Below, one piece after another: positions 40,088 to 53,599 of a stretch of 64,000 bases of DNA. Source of the DNA: Chiloscyllium plagiosum (Eukaryota); the NCBI RefSeq assembly GCF_004010195.1, contig NC_057718.1:89755497-89819496 (forward strand), written 5' to 3'. Below the pieces are notes generated by a model. It was not told where the DNA came from. It searched no databases and saw nothing but the letters and a program-made list of their open reading frames with translations. A program made the translations under genes and the position numbers. Each line of letters starts with the position of its first letter. Position 1 is the first letter of the stretch.

Positions 40088-40368
40088 AGGCATGGTGGCT
40101 CAGTGCTAGGGACCTGGGTTCGATTCCAGCCTCAGGCAACAGTCTGTGTGGAGTTTGCACATTCTCCCTGTGCCTGTGTGGGTTTCCTCCCACATTCCAA
40201 AAGGCGTGCAGGTTAGGTAAATTGGCCACACTAAATTGCCCATAGCGTTAGGGGCATTAGTCTGGAATAAACATAGGGAAATGGGTCTGGATGGTTTACT
40301 CGCCAAAGGGTTGGTGTGGATTTGATGGGCTGAAGGGCCTGTTTACATGCTGTAGGGAATCTAATCTA
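40088..40368 (+). mobile_element. HE1-type V-SINE
   Basis: Head (partly deleted), V-domain and tail. Confidence 0.8.
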
Positions 40369-40514
40369 AAAAACAGCATCTAACGCTAGAGAGACAGAAG
40401 TATGGTGCTTAGATACAGTCTTGATCATACTGAATGGGTCAAATCAATAATTCTTGCTCTGTGTTTCTATTTGCAACAATGTGTCCATGCCAGCTATCTG
40501 TGAGAGTAATTCAC

Positions 40515-41210
40515 TTAGAGTCAGAGAGACATACAGCAGGAAACAAACCCTTTGGTTTAACTCGTTCATGGCGACTAGATAACTGAAATAAATCTAGTCC
40601 CACTTTCCAGCATTTGGCTCATGTCCCTCTAAACTCTTCCTATTCATATACCCATCCAGATGCCTTTTAAATGCTGTATTTGTACCAGCCTTCACTACCT
40701 CTTCTGGTAGCTCATTCCATACATGCACCACCCTCTGTGCAAAAAGGATGCCCCTTAGATCTCTTTTAAACCTTTCCCCTCTCACCTGTGCCCTCTAGTT
40801 TTAGACTCCCCTCCCAACCGTAGAAAAAGGACCTTGTCTATTAATCCTATCCATGCCCCTCATGATTTTATAAACCTCTATAAGATCACCCCTCAGACTC
40901 CAGCCTATTCAGCCTCTCCTACCCTCCATCCCAGCAATATCCTTGTAAATCTTTTCTGAACCCTGTCAAGTTTCACAACATCTGTCCATTAGCAGGGAGA
41001 CCAGAACTGCATGCAGTATTCTAATAGTGGCCTCGCAATGTCCTGTACAACTGCAACATGACCTCTCAACTCCTCTAGTCAATGCACTGACCAATAAAGG
41101 AAAGCATACCAAACACCTTCTTCATTAACCTGTCTACCTGTGACTCCATGTTCAAGGAACAATGAACCTGCACTTCAAGGTCTCTTTGATCAGTAACACT
41201 CCCCAGGATC
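40515..41210 (-). mobile_element. CR1 3' fragment
   Basis: FAQRVVHVWNELPEEVV peptide. Confidence 0.88.
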
Positions 41211-41679
41211 ACCACCACCACACCCCCCGACCCTTCAACTTTTGAATGCAGATATAAAACTGATTTTGTTTTAACTCTAAAGCATTCACTGAGAGTTATT
41301 TTAAATTGGACTTTACAAACAGGAAAGACACGATCATCTATTTTTAAAACAGAAACGGAAATAAGAAAAAAATAAGTAAATTGAACTCTCCCACTGTACA
41401 ATCTCCTTGTGATTTTTAATACCCCTATCAAATCATTTTACAACATTTTCTTCTCCAGGTTCAAGGTTCTCCAATCTATTTCTGTAACTTATTTTTCTCA
41501 TCAATGGTGAGTGTTTTCTGTACACTTTTTAATGCTGTCACATCTGTCTGAAATGTGGCACTTTACCCTGGATACACCACACTGTTACTGAAACCATAAT
41601 TTTACTGTATTACAGAATTGCTATAGGATAGAAGGAGACAATTTAGTCCATCGTATCTGTATTGTCTCTGAGTGATCAA

Positions 41680-44600
41680 TAGAGTCATAGAGATGTATAG
41701 CACAGAAACAGACCAACTCGTCCATGCTGACCAGGTATCCTAAATTAATCTAGTCCCATTTGCCAGCATTTGGCCCATATCCCTGTAAACCCTTCTTATC
41801 CATATACACTATTCTGGTCTCCCTGCTAATGGACAGATGTTAAATGTTGTAATTGCACCAGCCTCCACCACTTCCTCCGGCAGCTCATTCCATACAAGCA
41901 CCACCCACTGCATGAAAAAGTTGCCCCTTAGGTCCCTTTTAAATCTTGCTCCTCTCTACTTAAACCTACACTCTCTAGTTCTGGATTCTCCCAATTCAGA
42001 GAAAAGACCTTGTCTATTTATCCTATCCATGCCTCTCATGAAGTTATAAACCTCTATAACTTCACTCCTCAGCCTCCGATGCTCCAGGCAAAACAGCCCC
42101 AGCCTATTCAGCCTCTCCCTATAGTTCAAATCCTTCAACCCTGGTAACATCCTTGTAGATCTTTTCTGAACCCTTTCAAGTTTCACAACATCCTTCCTAT
42201 AGGAGGAAGACCAGAATTGCACACAATATTCCAACAGTGGCCTAACCAATATCCTGTACAGCTGCAACATGACCTCCCAACTCCTCTACTCAATACTCTG
42301 ACCAATAAAGGAAAGCATACCAAAAGCCTTCCTTACTATCCTACCTACCTGCGACTCCACTTTCAAGGAGCTATGACCCTGCACTCTCAGGTCTCTTTAT
42401 TCAGCAACACTTCCCAGAACCGTACCATTAAGTGTATAAGTCCTTCTCTGATTTCCTTTTCTGAAATTCAGCACCTCACATTTATCTAAATTAAACCCCA
42501 CCTACCACTCCTCAGCCCATTGGCCCATCTGATCAAGATCCTGTTGTACTCAGAAACAACCTTCTTCACTGTCCACTACACCTCCAATTTTGGTGTCATC
42601 AGCAAATTTACTAACTATACCTCCTATGCTCACATCCAAATCATTTATATAAATGACAAAAAGTAGTGGACCCAGCACTAATCCTTATGGTATGCCACTG
42701 GTCACAGGCCTCCAGTCTGAAAAGCAACCACCACCACCCTGATTTTTCTAACTTAGAGCCAGTTCTGTATCCAAATGGCTAGTTCTCCCTATATTCCATG
42801 ATATCTAACCTTGTTAACCAGTCTGCCATGAGGAACCTTGTTGAGCGGTTTACTGAAGTCCATATAGATCATGTCCACCACCCTGCCTCCATCAATCCTC
42901 TTTGTTATTTCTTCAAGTTAGTGGGACACAATTTCCCAAACACAAAGCCATGTTGTCAATCCCTAATCAGTCCTTACTTTTCCAAATGTATGTAAATCCT
43001 GTCCCTCAGGATTCCCTCCAACAACTTGCCACTACCGACGTCAGGCTCACTGGTCTATAGTTCCCTGGCTTGTCATTACCACCTTTCTTAAACAGTGGCA
43101 CCACGTTTGCCAACCTCCAGTCTTCCGGCACCTCACCTGTGGCTATCGATGATACAAATATCTCAGCAAGGGGCCCAGCAATCACTTCCCTAGCTTCCCA
43201 CAGAGTTCTCGGGTACACCTGGTCAGGTCCCACTTATTTAGCCACCTTTATGTATTTTAAGATGTTCAGCACCTCCTCCTCCATAGTATGGACCTTTTTC
43301 AAGATGTCACTATTTATTTCCCAATGTTCTCTACTTTCCATATCATTCTCCACAATAAATACTGATGCAAAATACTCATTTAGTATCTCTCCCTCCTCCT
43401 GAAGTTCCACACATAGGTGGCCTTGCTGATCTTTAAGGGGCCGATTCGCTCCCTTTTGTCCTTATTTGTAAAAACCCTTTGGATTCTCCTTAATCCTGTT
43501 TGCTAAAGCTATCTCATGTCTCCTTTTTGCCCTCCTGATTTCCCCCTTAAGTATACTCCTACTGCCTTTATATTCTCTTAAGGATTCGCTCAATCTATCC
43601 TGTCCATACTTACATATGCTTCTTTCTTTTTCTTAAACAAACCCTCAGTTTCTTTAGTCATCCATCATTCCCTATACCTACCAGTCTTACTTTTCACCCT
43701 GACAGGAACATACCATCTCTGGACTCTCATTATCTCATTTTGAAGGCTTCCCATTTTCCTGCTATCCATTTATCCACAAACATCTGCCTCCAATCAACTT
43801 TTGAATGTGCCTGTCTAATACCGTCATAATTAGCCTTCCCCCAATTTAGAGCTTTAACCTTTATATTCTGTCTATTCTTTTCCATTGCTATTTGCTGTTC
43901 TGTTATCCCTAATCCAAAACACCACTCCCCCTCCTCTCTTGCCCCGTTTCTATCCTTCCCTCAGCTTTGTCTTTGTAATTGCTATGATATGGCTTATGCC
44001 CGAAACGTTGATTCTCCTGTTCCCTGGATGCTGCCTGACCTACTGCGCTTTTCCAGCAACACATTTCCAGCTCTGATCTCCAGCATCTGCAGACCTCACT
44101 TTCTCCTCAATTGCTATGATATCCCAGTCCCATGTTCCTAGCCATGCCCTGATTCAATTGCCTTCCCTGTTAGGCCTCTTGCACTGAAATAAATGCAGTT
44201 TATCAGTCCTGCCTCATTCTCTGCTTTGTCCCTGTCTGCTCTGTTTACTCACTCCTTTTCACACTGTACCAATCTCAGATTGAGCTCTTTCCCCACTCTC
44301 TCCCTTGGTCCCACCCTCCACCTTACTAGTTTAAATCCTCCTGAGCAGCTCTAGCAAATCTCCCTGCCAGTATATTAGTCCCCTTCCAGTTCAGGTACAA
44401 TCTATTCTCCTTATGCAGGTCACATTTACCCCAGAAGAGACTCCAATGATCCAAAAATATGAACCCTTCTCCTCTCATCAGCTCCTCAGCCATGCATTCA
44501 TCTGCTCTATCCTCCTATTCCTACCCTCACTAGCTCGTAGCACCGGGAGTAATCCAGATATTACTACCCACGAGGACCTCCTTTTTAAATTCCTGTCTAA

Positions 44601-44975
44601 CTTCCTATTTTCTCCATTCAGAATCTCATCCTTTTACCTTCCTATATTGTTGGTTCCAATGTGTACAATGATCTCCTGGCGGTCTCTCTCCCCTTTGAGA
44701 ACATTCTGCACCCTCTCCAAGATATCCTTGATCCTGGCACCAAGGAGGCAACACACCATTCTGATTTCTCACTGCTGGCCGCAGAAACATCTGCTTGTGC
44801 ATCTGACTAGAGAGTCCCCCATCACAATCGGTCGCTTGGAACGTAATGTACCCCTCACTGTGTTAGACCCAGTCTCGGTACTAGTAACCTGGCTGTTTGT
44901 GCGACATTCCCCTGATAGTCATCACCCCATACATTTTCCAAAACAGCATACATGTTTGAGATGGGGATAGCCGCA
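41680..44975 (-). mobile_element. Long CR1 LINE (ORF1 remnant, ORF2 and 3' tail), disrupted
   Basis: RT peptides at 43006-43233 and 41956-42270; ORF1 esterase-like region near 44400-44830. Confidence 0.88.
43991..44108 (+). mobile_element. Truncated Penelope pLTR insertion with 14-bp TSD
   Basis: AATTGCTATGATAT at 43977-43990 and 44109-44122 flanks pLTR sequence (gcccgaaacg...ccagcatctgcag). Confidence 0.75.
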
Positions 44976-45071
44976 GGAGACTCAGAGTTGTGTTCATAGT
45001 CTTCAGTTTGCGTAAAAAAAACCTCACATTTCCACTGAATCTCTTGCCGAGAATTGTAAATTTGTGTTCTG

Positions 45072-46515
45072 GATCAGTGGTGCTGGAAGAGCACAGCAAT
45101 TCAGGCAGCATCCAATGAGCAGCGAAATCAACGTTTCGGGCAAATGACCTTCATCAGGAATAAAGGCAGTAGCCTGAAGCGTGGAGAGATAAGCGAGAGG
45201 AGGGTGGGGGTGAGGAGAGAATAGCATAGAGTACAATGGGTGAGTGGGGGAGGGGATGAAGGTGATAGGTCAGGGAGGAGAGGGTGGAGTGGATAGGTGG
45301 AAAAGGAGCTAGGCAGGTCGGACAAGTCCGGACAAGTCAAGGGGACAGTGCTGAGCTGGAAGTTTGAAACTAGGATGAGGTGGGGTTGAAATGTTCCGAG
45401 GCGGAAGATGAGGCGTTCTTCCTCCAGGCGTCTGGTAGTGAGGGAGCGGCGGTGAAGGAGGCCCAGGACCTCCNNNNNNNNNNNNNNNNNNNNNNNNNNN
45501 NNNNNNNNNNNNNNNNNNNNNNNNNNNNNNNNNNNNNNNNNNNNNNNNNNNNNNNNNNNNNNNNNNNNNNNNNNNNNNNNNNNNNNNNNNNNNNNNNNNN
45601 NNNNNNNNNNNNNNNNNNNNNNNNNNNNNNNNNNNNNNNNNNNNNNNNNNNNNNNNNNNNNNNNNNNNNNNNNNNNNNNNNNNNNNNNNNNNNNNNNNNN
45701 NNNNNNNNNNNNNNNNNNNNNNNNNNNNNNNNNNNNNNNNNNNNNNNNNNNNNNNNNNNNNNNNNNNNNNNNNNNNNNNNNNNNNNNNNNNNNNNNNNNN
45801 NNNNNNNNNNNNNNNNNNNNNNNNNNNNNNNNNNNNNNNNNNNNNNNNNNNNNNNNNNNNNNNNNNNNNNNNNNNNNNNNNNNNNNNNNNNNNNNNNNNN
45901 NNNNNNNNNNNNNNNNNNNNNNNNNNNNNNNNNNNNNNNNNNNNNNNNNNNNNNNNNNNNNNNNNNNNNNNNNNNNNNNNNNNNNNNNNNNNNNNNNNNN
46001 NNNNNNNNNNNNNNNNNNNNNNNNNNNNNNNNAATGGAGATGGAGAGTTCCAGGAAGGGGAGGGAGGTGTCAGAGATGGTCCAGGTAAATTTAAGGTCAG
46101 GGTGGAATGTGTTGGTGAAGTTGATGAATTGCTCAACCTCCTCGTGGGAGCACGAGGTGGCGCCAATGCAGTCATCAATGTAGCGGAGGAAGAAGTGGGG
46201 AGTGGTGCCGGTGTAATTAAGGAAGATTAACTGTTCTACGTAGCCAACAAAGAGGCAGGCATAGCTGGGGCCCATACATGTGCCCATGGCTACCCCTTTG
46301 GTCTGGAAAAAGTGGGAGGATTCAAAGGAGAAATTGTTAAGGGTGAGGATCAGTTCGGCCAAACGAATGAGAGTGTCGGTGGAAGGGTACTGTTGGGGAC
46401 GTCTGGAGAGGAGAAAACGGAGGGTTTGGAGGCCCTGGTCATGGCGGATGGAGGTGTAGAGGGATTGGATATCCATGGTGAAGATGAGGCGTTGGGGGCC
46501 GGGGAAACGGAAGTC
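45072..46515 (-). mobile_element. Penelope-like element: RT, GIY-YIG end and pLTR, spanning an N-gap
   Basis: MDIQSLYTSI...FFQTKGVAMGTCMGPSYACLF...FLRYIDD...LPFL are PLE RT motifs; pLTR with hammerhead core at about 45128-45157. Confidence 0.92.
45474..46032. other. Assembly gap (N run)
   Basis: Run of N. Confidence 1.
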
Positions 46516-46582
46516 TATTTGTGTTGCCTAGTCCTTGTACCATCACCTAACTAGCGCTTTCTTATCTACCTTATCCACAATC

Positions 46583-46765
46583 TTAAAAATCACACAACAC
46601 CAGGTTATAGTCCAACCAGTTTATTTGGAAGCACTAACTTTCAGAGAGCGCTGCTCCTGCTCCAAAAGCTAGCACTTCCAAATAAACCTGTTGGGACTAT
46701 AACCTGGTGTCATGTGATTTTTAACTTTGTCCAACCCAGTCCAACACCGGCTCCTCCACATCATA
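46583..46765. mobile_element. Second copy of the palindromic MER6-like element
   Basis: Same arms as 724-930; flanked by near-duplicate cttatcca(c/t)aatc. Confidence 0.75.
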
Positions 46766-46875
46766 CTTATCCATAATCATAATCTTGTAACATGACTAGC
46801 TGATCTCCCCACTCGCTCTTTTACTCGAGGAAAAACAAACCCAGATTTCCCAACCAAACCTTACGAGTTCCTCAT

Positions 46876-47176
46876 AGCGAGTTTTGAGAAGATTTGTAGC
46901 TCAGGTTGAGGTTCTGAATGTGGGTTTGCTCACTGAGCTGGAAGGTTCATTCCCAGACGTTTTGTCACGCTACTCGGTAACATTTTCAGTGGGCCTCAAG
47001 TGAAGCACTGCTGATAATTCCTGTTTTCTATTTATATATATAAATTTCTATTTTATATATATAAATAGAAAGCAGGAATTATCAGCAGTGCTTCACCTGA
47101 GGCCCACTGAAGATATTACCTGGTAGGGTGACAAAACATCTGTGAATGCACCTTCTAGCTCAGGGAGCAAACCTAC
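46876..47176. mobile_element. Fold-back Penelope-derived element (two inverted pLTRs)
   Basis: About 120-bp arms centred on the AT-rich 47030-47070; the right arm is interrupted by HE1 (47177-47462). Confidence 0.8.
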
Positions 47177-47462
47177 TCAGTGGTTAGCACTGCTGCCTCA
47201 CAGTGCCAGCGTCCCAGGTTTGATTCCAGCCTCGGGCGATTGTCTGTGTGGAGTTTGCACACTCTCCCCGTGTCTGTGTGTGTGTTTCCTCCAGGTGCTC
47301 CAGTTTCTTCTGTGCAGATCAGATGAATTGGCTATGCTAAATTGCCCATAGTGTTAGGTGCATTAGTCAGAGGGAAATGGGTCTGAATGGGTTACTCTTT
47401 GGAGGGTCAGTGTGGACTGGTTGGGCCAAAGGGCCTGTTTCCACACTGTAAGGAATCTAATC
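47177..47462 (+). mobile_element. HE1-type V-SINE
   Basis: Head, V-domain and tail. Confidence 0.85.
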
Positions 47463-48712
47463 TACATCCATGACTCCTTCATCACTGGAACCATTCTGGT
47501 CAATCTGTTTCCAATGTAATGTTGCAAACTTAGTGAGCCTTGGAAAGTCCAACCTTTAGCACTCTGCAGAGTTGTTGACTCAGGTCTCTGCATCATAAAT
47601 CCTCTACCTCAGAGAGGAGGCTGACCACTCAGGCAAAGCTACATTCCTGTAGCCATTCAATCAGATTTTCATAAGAGTGAGTGAGGGCACGCGATGCCAC
47701 TACAGCATAAACTCAACTCTCAGATAGTTTGTTTGGACAGAAAACTTATCAGCTATTGATCAAAAGACAAACAGTACATGAGATGAGAACAAATTGACAG
47801 TGCAACCATTTGTAACAGAGGACAGGACTGTGGTTTATTTGCTGTCAATAAACCACGAGTGTTTGCCTGCTGGTGAATGTTTGCGTAGAGGTTTATCGAT
47901 AGCTTGTTCTAGCCCAGATTGCTGGAAGCAATACTTTAGCCTCAATAAACGAGAAAAAAAAGGAAGCGCCTGGCCTAGGTTTTTGTGTGCTGAAGTGGAA
48001 ATTTCTTCCAACAAGGAGGCAGAGGTTAGAATTGGAGAATCATAGAATGAATGCAGTGCAGAGGGATCTGGTTCAGCCTGTTCTGGCCCTTTATAAGAGC
48101 AATTCAGCTAGCTCCACTCCTGTTCCTTACAAATATTTTCTCTTCAATGGCTTATCCAATTCCCTTTTCAGAATGAATGTTGAATCGTTAAGGACACACA
48201 ACCCAATCTAACACATCAACCACATTTACAGCAATATCCCTTTGGGGTCTTGTGCCAAATAGTTTTAAGCCTGTGTCCTCCAGCTCTCAACCCTTCCATA
48301 AATTGAACTATATTTTCTCTATCTGCCTTGTCTAGAATGTCCCCTCTCCCCAACCCCCAACGAAGTCTAAGTATTTACGTTTATCAAGAAAGCCAGCAGT
48401 CTACATAATCCCTGGAAAAACTCTTAAATCTCTCAACCTTTGTGATGCGATTAGGAAGGGTTTGGAGGGATATGGGCCGGGTGCTGGCAGATGGGACTAG
48501 ATTGGGTCGGGATATCTGGTCAGCATGGACGGGTTGGACTGAAGCTGTACATCTCTATAACTCTATGTTGCACTGGATTTATACACTAATTTGATATGGT
48601 TACAACATTTAAAAGACATTTGGACAGGTTTATGAAGAGGAAAGGTTTAGAAGGATATGGGCCAATCATAGGCAAGTAGAGCTAATTCAGTTTGGGGAAA
48701 CTAGGGGTTAAA

Positions 48713-48932
48713 GTACAATAGATCCGCCGTACCCATGGGGAACAAGTTCCAAGACCTAGCATGGAAGCCCAAAACAATGGATAGGAGCAAACCCGATCAT
48801 TTAAATGGGAAATTTACCTTCCCAGCAGTCCCCTGGTCCTGGAATGTTCCCTGTAATGTGTTTGGGCCACAGTAAACCGCAGATAACTGAAACAGTGGTA
48901 ACAGGACCCATGGATATAGGGATCACCCTGTA
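48713..48932. mobile_element. Possible Tigger/pogo-like MITE
   Basis: TA-flanked CA...TG ends with weak inverted termini (gatccgccgtacccatgg versus ccatggatatagggatc). Confidence 0.45.
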
Positions 48933-48949
48933 CATAATTCTTTAAAGCT

Positions 48950-49655
48950 TGAATCATAGATAGAGTGGTTAATGCAGCATTTAGCACACTGACATCTATA
49001 CTCAGAAGTTCTGAGCAATGAAGTTGTGATGTTATGTTGAGGTTGTACAAGATGCTGGCAAGACCTCTTCTGAAACGCTCTTCTATTATAGGAAAGATAT
49101 TATTAAGCTGGAGGGGGTTCATAAGAGATTTGTCAGGAAGGGAGGGTTTGAGTTTAAGAAGAGTTTGGATTGGCTGGGACATTTTTCCCTGCAACAGAGG
49201 AGGATGAGAGGTAACATTATAGAGGTTTGTAAAATCATGAGCCATATAGATAAGGTGAATGGTAACTGTGTTTCCCCAGGGTGGGAGAAAGCGAGGACTG
49301 CACTTGCTGGAGATCAGAGTCGGGAGTATGGTGCTGGAGACTAGATGCCAAATTTTTGAGGTGAGAGAAAACGGATTTAAAAAAAGACTGGTTGCTTATT
49401 TTTAATACAGAATAAACAATGTATGGAATGATCGTCCAGAGGAAGTGGTGGATGCGGGTACAGTTACAATGCTTAAAAGACATTTGGATAATACATGAAC
49501 AAGAAATGTTTGGAGGGCTATGGGATAAGTGTATGCAGGTGGGACTAGTTTAGTTTGGGATTATGGTTGACATGGACTGGTGAAAGGATTTGTTTCCGTG
49601 CTGTATGACGGACAAGTTGGACTGAAGTGTCTGTTTCTATACTGTATGACTCTCT
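48950..49655 (+). mobile_element. Degraded CR1 3' fragment with small Penelope insert (about 49265-49340)
   Basis: CR1 ORF2 C-terminal remnants and tail. Confidence 0.7.
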
Positions 49656-50114
49656 AACCATTTGTCACTGCTCTCTCAATTCCTAGCATTCTCCTACTGC
49701 CACACTTTAATTGTCTAAGTGATGTTCAACAGATCCATCCTGCTGATGGCAAGCTGAGAATTAACTGAAGAGTGCTGCTGAATGTTTGGCTGACTTCACA
49801 TTTCACCCTTTAGATTAGCTACCTGTTGCTTGTATATAGCAACTGTTTACAAAACCAAGCAAGTCTTTGACTGATGCTGACAGCTTACAGCCCCAGATGC
49901 AAATTCAAGCCGTAATGCTTCATGTCAACTGCAGTCAACAAGAAAATGTAACCTTAATGCTTTTGCATGTGGAAAATGAACAGGAAGCTTGTGCCTACAA
50001 GGCAAAATGAAACATTGCCACTGTTGATTCAATGTCAAATGTCTAGATTGGCCTAACAAGCTCAGAAATAAAGCATTCTGGAAAGAGACAAGCGTGTGAT
50101 AAGTCACTTTTTCT

Positions 50115-50120
50115 TTTAAT
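50115..50120 (-). promoter_or_regulatory. Candidate polyadenylation signal (ATTAAA) of COX7A
   Basis: ATTAAA on the minus strand about 150 nt after the stop codon. Confidence 0.45.
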
Positions 50121-50266
50121 TATGTACGCTTCATCATCAAATAAAGACCGTTCCCATAAGCAGTGAACAGACACTTGTAAAATAAGGTCCCTGATAATTT
50201 ACAGGTTAACATTCAGACAGGGCTGTGGAGTGAAACAAAGACTTCCAACTTGGCTGCAAGCTGATA

Positions 50267-50322
50267 TTACTTCTTCTTGGGTAGGGCAATGTCAAAGAGT
50301 TCGTACATAACATAGACTGTAC
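50267..50322 (-). CDS. COX7A2: COX7A last coding exon (G-TVYVMYELFDIALPKKK*)
   Basis: Acceptor TTTTTTCCTTATTTCCAG. The phase-1 junction completes Gly, followed by the end of the TM helix, a basic tail and TAA at 50269-50267. Confidence 0.9.
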
Positions 50323-50931
50323 CTGGAAATAAGGAAAAAAGATTTCTGCAATTATAGTCAAACATTTAAAGAAAGAAAATCAGCAATACCATGGGTTTTC
50401 CAGAGGGAAGTATTGACAAGTCAATTTACCAAGTGCGTGCAAAGTTTTTTCGGTTTCTGCTGTCATGTTAGCAATTCCTGACATTTCACTTATTTTGTAA
50501 ACCCCAGTTCTCTTATTATTTTATCAAATTGAACCATTGGTCTCAAAGCACTACCAGTCCTTTGAGTTCACAAGAATAGCCTAGAAGACAGACCCTCTCG
50601 ACCCCAACCTACCTTATTGCTGAACCATCAGTACACAAACTGCAGTTCTCACTGGTTGGGGCTACAACGCAGAATGTGTTGAAATGCCAAGCATGAATAA
50701 GTCCCACCCTCACAACTACCATCAAAATTTCACATTGGGATCTGCAAAGAACTGCTTGCTTCATTTTATCCTCTTTCCTGACACTAGTTTCAGAAGCATT
50801 TTTTTTTATTCTGAGTGTCTGCCCAGGTACAAACCTCCAGCTGCACAGGAAAAGGAGCAGATATCATAGGTGCACCTTGAACAAACCCTGGGTAGCAGGG
50901 ACTAGAATCTTTAGCTCCTTCTGTGCTTTAG

Positions 50932-51237
50932 GGGTGGCACATTGGCTCAGTGGTTAGCACTACTGCCTCACAGAATAATGTCTGATACCACCCTCAGGTG
51001 ACTGTGTGGAGTTTGCACGTTCTCCTTGTGTCTGTGTGGGTTGCCTCCAGGTGCTCTGGTTTCCTCCCACAGTCTAAAGATTAGGTGGACTGGCCACACC
51101 AAATTGCCCAAGGATGTACAAGTGAGGTAGATAAGCCTTGAAAAATGCAGGGGGATGGGGTAGAGGTGCTTTCGGAAGGTCAGCATGGACTCAATGGGCT
51201 GAGTGGCCTGCTTCCATACTATCAGGATTCTATGATT
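50932..51237 (+). mobile_element. HE1-type V-SINE in the last COX7A intron
   Basis: Head, V-domain and tail. Confidence 0.8.
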
Positions 51238-51771
51238 TTACTTTGCAGTGGCTAAGCTACACAGTAAGTGTATCCATTTCTGTTCAAAGATGCATTTCAG
51301 TCAACAAGTTAAATTCTCTCTCTTCACAAGTGCAACCCCTCACAAAGCTGACACTCAAGGGGCCACAGAACTCTAGTTATTCTTCATTGTTCAACCTAGA
51401 AACGGGCTGATCATTTGGCAGGGGCACGTTCACAGCCCATACCCATTGTGGCTCCGACATAACACCCAAGTCACTTCTCCTGTTTCCACACTGTAGGGAT
51501 TCTATGATACTAAGTCTATACATTTACTCACGGTGTTCTGATTCATAACCAGTTTTCTATCCTTATATTCCCTGGTCTGGGTGGGTTACTCTTCAGAGGG
51601 TTGGTGTGGACTTGTTGGGCTGATGGGCCTGTTTCCACACCATAGGGATTCTATGATTCTAAGTCTAAGTGAGAACACCCAGATGAGTCACTGTACAGGG
51701 ACTCAATGTCTTTACCTACTAGAACACGCAGAAAGATCAGGTTTCAAGAAGGATTACCCAGTAAGTCTTAC

Positions 51772-51856
51772 CCACAACAGTGAGACCCATGGTTAGCCTG
51801 TAGAGCACAGCATCCATCACACCACCTTTTAGATGGACTGGCAACCCATTGTCCGC
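51772..51856 (-). CDS. COX7A2: COX7A coding exon 3 (ADNGLPVHLKGGVMDAVLYRLTMGLTVVG)
   Basis: 85-nt exon with acceptor TCTGTTTGTTTCAG and donor G|GTAAGA. Contains the family motif PVHLKGG-D--LYR-TM and is in frame with the previous exon. Confidence 0.92.
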
Positions 51857-52521
51857 CTGAAACAAACAGAAGAATCAATGGGAGTCAATTGTAGCATTGT
51901 TGCACCAACATTAGGAAAGCAGCTAATGAGCCAAACCTAGAGGTGCTGTTGAGGCTTACACAAATTCCTCTCACATTGGTTATATTGAAGGGCAGGAAAT
52001 TCACAGATCCAGAGAGAATAAGACAAAGAGCTACTTTCACATCTTTGGCAGATGAGACTGCCAGAAAAGTGGAACCTGCAGGAGCAGAATGTGGGGCAAG
52101 GAAGGAACTGCAATGGGAACATGTTCAGAGATAGCAAGTTTGCTGGTGGAGAAAAGGCTTGAGCACCAGCTTCAACTCCAGGCTCCAGACGGTCAGTCCT
52201 TCTAAATCACATGGTTTCTTCTGTCTGACATACATTTCTGGGTGTACAAGTCAATCAAGAGCACAGATTCCAGCCGAGACCGTCAGTGAGATAACACAAC
52301 TAATGAAGGTCACAGTACAGAAAGCTAGATTTAAAGCCTATCCCAATCTATATTGCTACACTGAGACTAACAAGGCCACATCCCCCACTCTGATGTGCTA
52401 CTGGGATCCAGCCAGTAGGTGGCAAGGGAAACACTCCATTACCATTCCCAAGCAAAAGTACAAGTGTTCCAAGATACTGGTCTGAGTCCTCTGTTCTGTC
52501 AGAAATCCTATATCCTATAGT

Positions 52522-52818
52522 GGACGGCACGGTGGCACAGTGGTTAACACTGCTGCCTCACAGCGCCAGAGACCTGGGTTCAATTCCCGCCTCAGGCAAC
52601 TGACTGTGTGGAGTTTGCACATTCTCCCCATGTATGTGTGGGTTTCCTCCCACTGTCCAAAGATGTGCAGGTTAGGTGAACTGGCCATGCCAAATTGCCC
52701 GTAGTGTTAGGTGAAGGGGTAAATGTAGGGGAATGGGTCTGGGTGGGTTGCACTTCGGCGGGTCGGTGTGGACTTGTTGGACCGAAGGGCCTGTTTCCAT
52801 ACTGTGTAATCTAATCTA
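52522..52818 (+). mobile_element. HE1-type V-SINE (young, CpG-retaining)
   Basis: Full-length copy with (aatct)n tail. Confidence 0.88.
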
Positions 52819-53599
52819 AAAGGAGATATCTAACCCAGATCAGACTAAAAAGCACCCACTTTGATTCACTTTTAGGCCTTCCCAGTTAAAACAGTGTAAA
52901 CAAGTTTTGCAATCCTCATAGGTAACACCGGAGTGGGTAGACTCTGAAACCAAGTACCCCTTTTCTGTGTTCAGTGCCGTACGCTATCGGTTAAAAAGCC
53001 CTTATGGCACTTGGACAGCTGTGTGGGAGAGGGGAGTCACAGGCACTTGGTAACTGGGTGAGGACGTAGGAAAGGTCAGCTCACATTGAGTTGGGGGTGG
53101 GGAGAACATTGTCAGGGCGTGTGGTGGATGGGATGTGCTTGGGTATCAGACAGAAGAGGAGTTGAGTCAATGGAGAGGAGTTGGTAAGTAATGGGTCAGG
53201 CCCTAGGATGAGGTAGCCATTTTATAGTTTGCCAGGAGTTACAATAGGTTTTAATGTCACAACTTTTCCGGGCTAATTTTTGAGGTAAGTCAGTCAGAAC
53301 CCTCCAAAGTGACTGACTTGGGAATTTTAGCAATGCTAGGCAATTGCCCATTAGAAGGTTTGACTTTGTGAGGAGCTCCTCTGGAGCTCGCTGCATTAGG
53401 ATGGTTTCTGTCTATGTTGCTGCAATGTGCAGCTTCTTATCAGAAGATCAGGACCAAGGTTCTGCACGTTGAGATCCTTTTCAGCCTCTGCTTAACCATC
53501 AGTATAAATGCTGGGAGCCAAGGTCTGTATCGTTGTAAGAGCCGTGGAGTGCGTCTCCATACAGAGATTACTAAAAGCAGGTACACAGATATGTAAAAC

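Noticed and set aside
44413..44970. 185-aa plus-strand ORF
   Set aside because: Antisense to CR1 ORF1.
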